Shown here piece by piece: positions 56,651 to 64,000 of a stretch of 64,000 bases of DNA. This stretch comes from the human T2T-CHM13v2.0 reference genome, Homo sapiens. Position numbers and translations under genes: made by a program. Under the pieces are notes generated by a model. It saw only the letters and a list, made by a program, of their open reading frames with translations. It had not been told where the DNA came from and did not search any database. The number at the start of each line of letters is the position of its first letter. Position 1 is the stretch's first letter. The DNA lies in NCBI RefSeq assembly GCF_009914755.1, contig NC_060939.1; one strand, 5' to 3'.

Positions 56651-59600
56651 AACTGCTCAATCAAACCAAAGGTTCAACTCTGTGAGATGAATGCACACAT
56701 CACAAAGAAGTTTCTCAGAGTACTTCTGTGTAGTTTCTATTTGAGGATAGTTCCTTTTCCACCACAGACCAGAAAGGGCTCCAAATATCCATTGCAGATG
56801 GTACAAAAAGTGAGATTCAAAACTGCTCAATCCAAAGGTAGTTTCAACCATGTGATATGAATGCACACAGCACAGAGAATTTTCTCAAAATGCGTCTGTC
56901 TAGTTTTTATTTGAAGATATTTCCTTTTCTACCATAGGCCACAAACGTCTCCAAATATCCACATGCAGCTTCTACAAAAAGAGAGATTCAAAACTTCTCA
57001 ATCAAAAGATAGGTTCAACTCTGTGAGTTGAAAGCACACCTCACAAAGAAGTTTCTCAGAGTGCTTCTGTGTGTTTTTATGTGAAGATATTTCCTTTTCC
57101 ACAATAGGCCTCAAAGCTCTCCAAATATCTGCGAGCAGAGTCTACAAAATGAGAGATTCAAAACTGCTCAATGAAAAGATAGGTTCAACTCTGTGAGTTG
57201 AATGCACACCTCCAAAGAAGTTTCTCAGAATGCTTCCGTGTAGTTTTTATGTGAAGATATTTACTTTTCCACAGTTGTCCCAAAGCTCTAAAATATCCAC
57301 TTGCAGACCCTCCAAAAGAGTGTTTCAGAATTGCTCAATCAAAGGGAAGGTTCAATTCTGTGTGACCAATGCACTCATCACAAAGAAGTTTGTCTGAATG
57401 CTTCTGTGTAGAATTGATTTGAAGATAATTCCTTTTCCACCACAGTCCGCAAAGGGCTAAAAATATCCACTTGCCGATTCCACAAAAAGAGAGATTCAAA
57501 ACTGCTCAATCACAAGATAGGTTCAACTTGGTAATTGGAAAGCACACATGACAAACAATTTCTGAGAATGTTTCTGTGTAGTTTTTAAGGGAAGATATTT
57601 GATTTTCAAATGTAGGCCTCAAATCGCTCCAAATATCCACTTGCATATTGTACAAAAAGAGAGATTCAAAACTGGTCCCTCAAAAGTTAGGTCCAGCTCT
57701 GTGAGCTGAATGCACACATCACAAAGATGTTTCTCAGAAGGTTTCTGTATAGTTTTTATATGAAGATATTTGCTTTTCCACAATATGCCTCAAATCTCCC
57801 CAATTATCCACTTGCAGATTCTAGAAAAAGAGTGTTTCAAAACAGCTCAATCAAAATAAACTTTCAACTCTGTGAGATCAATGCACACATCACAAAGAAG
57901 TTTCTCAGAATGCTTCTGTGTAGTTTTTTTTGTGAAGATATTTGATTTTCCACAGCAGGCTTCCAAGCACTCCAAATATCCACTCGCAGATTCTGCAAAA
58001 AGAGAGATTCAAATCTGCTGAATCAAAAGATAGGTTTAACTCTGTGACTTCAATGCACACCTCACAAGGGTGTTTCTCAGAAAGCTTCTGTGTAGTTTTT
58101 ATATGAAGATATCTCCTTCTCCAAAGCAGGTCTCAAAGCCCTCCAAATATTCACTTCAAGATTCTACGGAAAGATTGTCTCAACACTGCTAAATCTAAAC
58201 AAATGTTCAACTCTGTGTGATGAATGCACTCATCACAGAGAAGTTTCTCTGAATGCCTCTGTGTAGTTTTTATTTGAAGATATTTGCTTTTCCAGTATAG
58301 GGCGAAATAGGGCTCCAAATATTCACTTGCAGATTCTACAAAAGGAGAGATTCCAAACTGCTCAATCAAAACATAGGTTCAACACTGTGAGTTGAATGCA
58401 CACATCACAAAGAAGTTTCACAGAGTGCTTCTGGGTAGTTTTTATTTGAGGATATTTCCCTTTCCACAATAGGCCTCAAAGCTTTCCAAATATCCACTTG
58501 CAGATTCTGCAAAAAGAGAGATACAAAACTGCTCTATCAAAAGATAGATTCGACTCTGTGAGTTGAATGCCAACATCGCAAAGAAGTTTCTCAGAATGCT
58601 TCTCTGCAGCTTTTTTGTGAGTATGTTTCGTTTTCCACCATAGGGCGAAATGGGGCTCCAAATATCCACTTGCATTTCCTACAAAAAGAGAGATTCTAAG
58701 CTGCTCAATCAAAACATTGTTTCAACACGGTTAGTTGAATGCACACATCCCAAAGATGTTTTTCAGAGTGCTTCTGTGTGGTTTTTATGTGAAGATACTT
58801 CCTTTTCCACAATAGGCCTCAAATCTCTGTAAATATCCACTTGCAGACTCTACAAAGAGTGTTTCCAAACTGCTCAATCATAAGATAGGTTCAACTCCGA
58901 TAGTTGAATGCACACATCACAAAGAAGTTTCTCAGAAAGCTTCTGTGTAGTTTTTGATGAAGATATCTTCTTCTCTAAAACAGAACTCCAAGCCCTCCAA
59001 ATATTCACTTCAAGATTCTACGGAAAGATTGTCTCAAAACTCCTAAATCAAAACAAAGTTTCAACTCTGTGTCATGAATGCATTCATCTCAAAGAAGTTT
59101 CTCTGAATGCTTCTGTGCAGTTTTTATTTGAAGATAATTGCTTTTCCAGTATAGGGCGAAATAGGGCTCCAAATATTCACTTGCAGATTCTACAGAAAGA
59201 GAGATTCCAAACTGCTCAATCAAAACATAGGTTCAACACTGTGAGTTGAATGCATACATCGCAAAGAAGTTTCACAGAGTACTTCTGGGTGGTTTTTATT
59301 TGAAGATATTTCCCTTTCCACAATAGGCCTCAAAGCTTTCCAAATGTCCACTTGCAGATTCCACCAAAAGAGTGTTTCGAAACTGCTCAATCAAAAGAAA
59401 GGTTCTACTCTGTGGGATGAATGCACACATCACAAAGTAGTTTCTCAGAATGCTTCTGTGTAGTTTTTATGTGAAGATATTTGTTTTTCCACAGTAGGCC
59501 CCAAAGAGCTCCAAATATTCACTTGCAGATTCTACAAAAAGAGTGTTCCAAAACTGCTCAATCATGAAATAGGATCAACCCTGTGAGATGAATGTACGTA

Positions 59601-62600
59601 TGACAGAGAAGTTTCTCAGAATGCTTCTGTGTAGTTTTTATGCGAAGATATTCGATTTTCCACAGTACGCCTCAAAGTTCTCCAATTATCCACTCGTAGA
59701 TTCTGCAAAAAGAGAGATTCAAAACTGCTCAATCAAAAGATAGTTTCTACTCCATTAGCTGAAAGACCACATCACAAAAAAAGTTTCTCAGGATGCTTCT
59801 GTGTAGTTTTTATGTGAAGATATTTGGTTTTCCACAGTAGGCCTCAAAGCGCTCCAAATATCCACTCACAGATTCTGCAAAAAGAGAGATTCAAAACTGC
59901 TGAATCAAAAGACAGTTTCAACTCTGTGACTTCAGTGCACACCTCACAAGGATGTTTCTCAGAATGCTTCTGTGTAGTTTTTATATAAAGATATCTCCTT
60001 CTCCAAAATGGATCTCAAAGTTCTCCAAATATTCACTTCCAGATTCTATGGAAAGATTGTCTCAAAACTGCTCAATCAAACCAAAGGTTCAACTCTGTGA
60101 GATGAATGCCCACATCACAAAGAAGTTTCTCAGAGTACTTCTGTGTAGTTTCTATTTGAGGATAGTTCCTTTTCCACCACAGACCAGAAAGGGCTCCAAA
60201 TATCCATTGCAGATGGTACAAAAAGTGAGATTCAAAACTGCTCAATCCAAAGGTAGTTTCAACCATGTGATATGAATGCACACAGCACAGAGAATTTTCT
60301 CAAAATGCGTCTGTCTAGTTTTTATTTGAAGATATTTCCTTTTCTACCATAGGCCACAAACGTCTCCAAATATCCACATGCAGCTTCTACAAAAAGAGAG
60401 ATTCAAAACTTCTCAATCAAAAGATAGGTTCAACTCTGTGAGTTGAAAGCACACCTCACAAAGAAGTTTCTCAGAGTGCTTCTGTGTGTTTTTATGTGAA
60501 GATATTTCCTTTTCCACAATAGGCCTCAAAGCTCTCCAAATATCTGCGAGCAGAGTCTACAAAATGAGAGATTCAAAACTGCTCAATGAAAAGATAGGTT
60601 CAACTCTGTGAGTTGAATGCACACCTCCAAAGAAGTTTCTCAGAATGCTTCCGTGTAGTTTTTATGTGAAGATATTTACTTTTCCACAGTTGTCCCAAAG
60701 CTCTAAAATATCCACTTGCAGACCCTCCAAAAGAGTGTTTCAGAATTGCTCAATCAAAGGGAAGGTTCAATTCTGTGTGACCAATGCACTCATCACAAAG
60801 AAGTTTGTCTGAATGCTTCTGTGTAGAATTGATTTGAAGATAATTCCTTTTCCACCACAGTCCGCAAAGGGCTAAAAATATCCACTTGCCGATTCCACAA
60901 AAAGAGAGATTCAAAACTGCTCAATCACAAGATAGGTTCAACTTGGTAATTGGAAAGCACACATGACAAACAATTTCTGAGAATGTTTCTGTGTAGTTTT
61001 TAAGGGAAGATATTTGATTTTCAAATGTAGGCCTCAAATCGCTCCAAATATCCACTTGCATATTGTACAAAAAGAGAGATTCAAAACTGGTCACTCAAAA
61101 GTTAGGTCCAGCTCTGTGAGCTGAATGCACACATCACAAAGATGTTTCTCAGAAGGTTTCTGTATAGTTTTTATATGAAGATATTTGCTTTTCCACAATA
61201 TGCCTCAAATCTCCCCAATTATCCACTTGCAGATTCTAGAAAAAGAGTGTTTCAAAACAGCTCAATCAAAATAAACTTTCAACTCTGTGAGATCAATGCA
61301 CACATCACAAAGAAGTTTCTCAGAATGCTTCTGTGTAGTTTTTTTTGTGAAGATATTTGATTTTCCACAGCAGGCTTCCAAGCACTCCAAATATCCACTC
61401 GCAGATTCTGCAAAAAGAGAGATTCAAATCTGCTGAATCAAAAGATAGGTTTAACTCTGTGACTTCAATGCACACCTCACAAGGGTGTTTCTCAGAAAGC
61501 TTCTGTGTAGTTTTTATATGAAGATATCTCCTTCTCCAAAGCAGGTCTCAAAGCCCTCCAAATATTCACTTCAAGATTCTACGGAAAGATTGTCTCAACA
61601 CTGCTAAATCTAAACAAATGTTCAACTCTGTGTGATGAATGCACTCATCACAGAGAAGTTTCTCTGAATGCCTCTGTGTAGTTTTTATTTGAAGATATTT
61701 GCTTTTCCAGTATAGGGCGAAATAGGGCTCCAAATATTCACTTGCAGATTCTACAAAAGGAGAGATTCCAAACTGCTCAATCAAAACATAGGTTCAACAC
61801 TGTGAGTTGAATGCACACATCACAAAGAAGTTTCACAGAGTGCTTCTGGGTAGTTTTTATTTGAGGATATTTCCCTTTCCACAATAGGCCTCAAAGCTTT
61901 CCAAATATCCACTTGCAGATTCTGCAAAAAGAGAGATACAAAACTGCTCTATCAAAAGATAGATTCGACTCTGTGAGTTGAATGCCAACATCGCAAAGAA
62001 GTTTCTCAGAATGCTTCTCTGCAGCTTTTTTGTGAGTATGTTTCGTTTTCCACCATAGGGCGAAATGGGGCTCCAAATATCCACTTGCATTTCCTACAAA
62101 AAGAGAGATTCTAAGCTGCTCAATCAAAACATTGTTTCAACACGGTTAGTTGAATGCACACATCCCAAAGATGTTTTTCAGAGTGCTTCTGTGTGGTTTT
62201 TATGTGAAGATACTTCCTTTTCCACAATAGGCCTCAAATCTCTGTAAATATCCACTTGCAGACTCTACAAAGAGTGTTTCCAAACTGCTCAATCATAAGA
62301 TAGGTTCAACTCCGATAGTTGAATGCACACATCACAAAGAAGTTTCTCAGAAAGCTTCTGTGTAGTTTTTGATGAAGATATCTTCTTCTCTAAAACAGAA
62401 CTCCAAGCCCTCCAAATATTCACTTCAAGATTCTACGGAAAGATTGTCTCAAACTGCTAAATCAAAACAAAGGTTCAACTCTGTGTGATGAATGCATTCA
62501 TCACAAAGAAGTTTCTCTGAGTGCTTCTGTGCAGTTTTTATTTGAAGATAATTGCTTTTCCAGTATAGGGCGAAATAGGGCTCCAAATATTCACTTGCAG

Positions 62601-64000
62601 ATTCTACAGAAAGAGAGATTCCAAACTGCTCAATCAAAACATAGGTTCAACACTGTGAGTTGAATGCATACATCGCAAAGAAGTTTCACAGAGTACTTCT
62701 GGGTGGTTTTTATTTGAAGATATTTCCCTTTCCACAATAGGCCTCAAAGCTTTCCAAATGTCCACTTGCAGATTCCACCAAAAGAGTGTTTCGAAACTGC
62801 TCAATCAAAAGAAAGGTTCTACTCTGTGGGATGAATGCACACATCACAAAGTAGTTTCTCAGAATGCTTCTGTGTAGTTTTTATGTGAAGATATTTGTTT
62901 TTCCACAGTAGGCCCCAAAAAGCTCCAAATATTCACTTGCAGATTCTACAAAAAGAGTGTTCCAAAACTGCTCAATCATGAAATAGGATCAACCCTGTGA
63001 GATGAATGTACGTATGACAGAGAAGTTTCTCAGAATGCTTCTGTGTAGTTTTTATGCGAAGATATTCGATTTTCCACAGTACGCCTCAAAGTTCTCCAAT
63101 TATCCACTCGTAGATTCTGCAAAAAGAGAGATTCAATACTGCTCAATCAAAAGATAGTTTCTACTCCATTAGCTGAAAGACCACATCACAAAAAAAGTTT
63201 CTCAGGATGCTTCTGTGTAGTTTTTATGTGAAGATATTTGGTTTTCCACAGTAGGCCTCAAAGCGCTCCAAATATCCACTCACAGATTCTGCAAAAAGAG
63301 AGATTCAAAACTGCTGAATCAAAAGACAGTTTCAACTCTGTGACTTCAGTGCACACCTCACAAGGATGTTTCTCAGAATGCTTCTGTGTAGTTTTTATAT
63401 AAAGATATCTCCTTCTCCAAAATGGATCTCAAAGTTCTCCAAATATTCACTTCCAGATTCTATGGAAAGATTGTCTCAAAACTGCTCAATCAAACCAAAG
63501 GTTCAACTCTGTGAGATGAATGCCCACATCACAAAGAAGTTTCTCAGAGTACTTCTGTGTAGTTTCTATTTGAGGATAGTTCCTTTTCCACCACAGACCA
63601 GAAAGGGCTCCAAATATCCATTGCAGATGGTACAAAAAGTGAGATTCAAAACTGCTCAATCCAAAGGTAGTTTCAACCATGTGATGTGAATGCACACAGC
63701 ACAGAGAATTTTCTCAAAATGCGTCTGTCTAGTTTTTATTTGAAGATATTTCCTTTTCTACCATAGGCCACAAACGTCTCCAAATATCCACATGCAGCTT
63801 CTACAAAAAGAGAGATTCAAAACTTCTCAATCAAAAGATAGGTTCAACACTGTGAGTTGAAAGCACACCTCACAAAGAAGTTTCTCAGAGTGCTTCTGTG
63901 TGTTTTTATGTGAAGATATTTCCTTTTCCACAATAGGCCTCAAAGCTCTCCAAATATCTCCGAGCAGAGTCTACAAAATGAGAGATTCAAAACTGCTCAA

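Larger units (their letters stand above)
1..64000 (-). repeat. Alpha-satellite (alphoid) tandem array, ~171-bp monomers, ~375 copies, single orientation
   Basis: Motifs such as GAATGCACACATCACAAAGAAGTTTCTCAGAATGCTTCTGTGTAG and CCAAATATCCACTTGCAGATTCT recur every ~171 bp. They are the reverse complement of the primate alpha-satellite consensus (CATTCTGAGAAACTTCTTTGTGATGTGTGCATTC). No interruption or inversion was seen. Confidence 0.99.
3166..64000 (-). repeat. Homogeneous 20-monomer (3414-bp) alpha-satellite HOR array, A-type/CENP-B-box-free, SF4-like
   Basis: The same spurious ORF recurs at 6008, 9422, 12836, 16250, 19664, 23078, 26492 (period 3414 = 20 x 170.7) and again from 39467 to 63366. 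Copies differ by only a handful of SNPs. The box position carries pJalpha/A-type sequence (TTCCTTTTCCACAATAG, TTCCTTTTCTACCATAG) rather than a CENP-B box. The SF4 assignment is an inference. Confidence 0.95.

Noticed and set aside
58908-59249. Longer 113-aa ORF present only here and at 1721-2062
   Set aside because: It results from the single extra A in the conversion patch and in the border copy shifting the frame. This is not evidence of coding function.
3-63695. Recurring 60-113 aa ORFs on both strands (e.g. MFLRMLLCSFY..., MIEQFGIS...)
   Set aside because: They are chance translations of alpha-satellite monomers that repeat with the HOR period and overlap on both strands. They resemble no protein family I recognise and were used only as positional markers.
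1-64000. CRISPR-like or other prokaryotic repeat-spacer system
   Set aside because: There are no unique spacers or cas genes. The entire 171-bp unit is repeated and matches primate alpha satellite.
1-64000. Transposon insertion (Alu/L1) or strand inversion within the array
   Set aside because: None was seen. Marker spacings are fully explained by whole-monomer multiples (3414, 3415, 2049, 3243-3244) and orientation is constant.
3166-64000. Naming a specific locus (e.g. DYZ3 or a chr15/acrocentric SF4 20-mer)
   Set aside because: The unit length does not fit DYZ3. More than one box-free 20-mer HOR may exist on acrocentric chromosomes, and I cannot discriminate among them without a database search.

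Overview
The whole 64 kb window is primate (most likely human or great-ape) alpha-satellite DNA: about 375 tandem ~171-bp monomers. All are in one orientation, the reverse complement of the usual consensus. I found no genes, transposons or CENP-B boxes. The window captures an array edge: monomeric alpha satellite (1-~620), one diverged 19-monomer HOR-like copy (~621-3165), then a very homogeneous 3414-bp 20-monomer higher-order repeat (HOR). The homogeneous part holds about 16 full 20-mers and three 2049-bp 12-mer variants. The monomers are A-type only, consistent with an SF4-like HOR, a class that is usually not the active centromere array. Internal structure includes a triplicated 5463-bp 32-mer (20+12) super-HOR, a duplicated 6828-bp two-HOR block, local SNP haplotype domains, and an apparent ~70-bp conversion patch from a donor not seen in the window. 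All ORFs in the track are repeat artefacts. I see no evidence of a new protein- or RNA-coding system; the interesting signal is array architecture and evolution.
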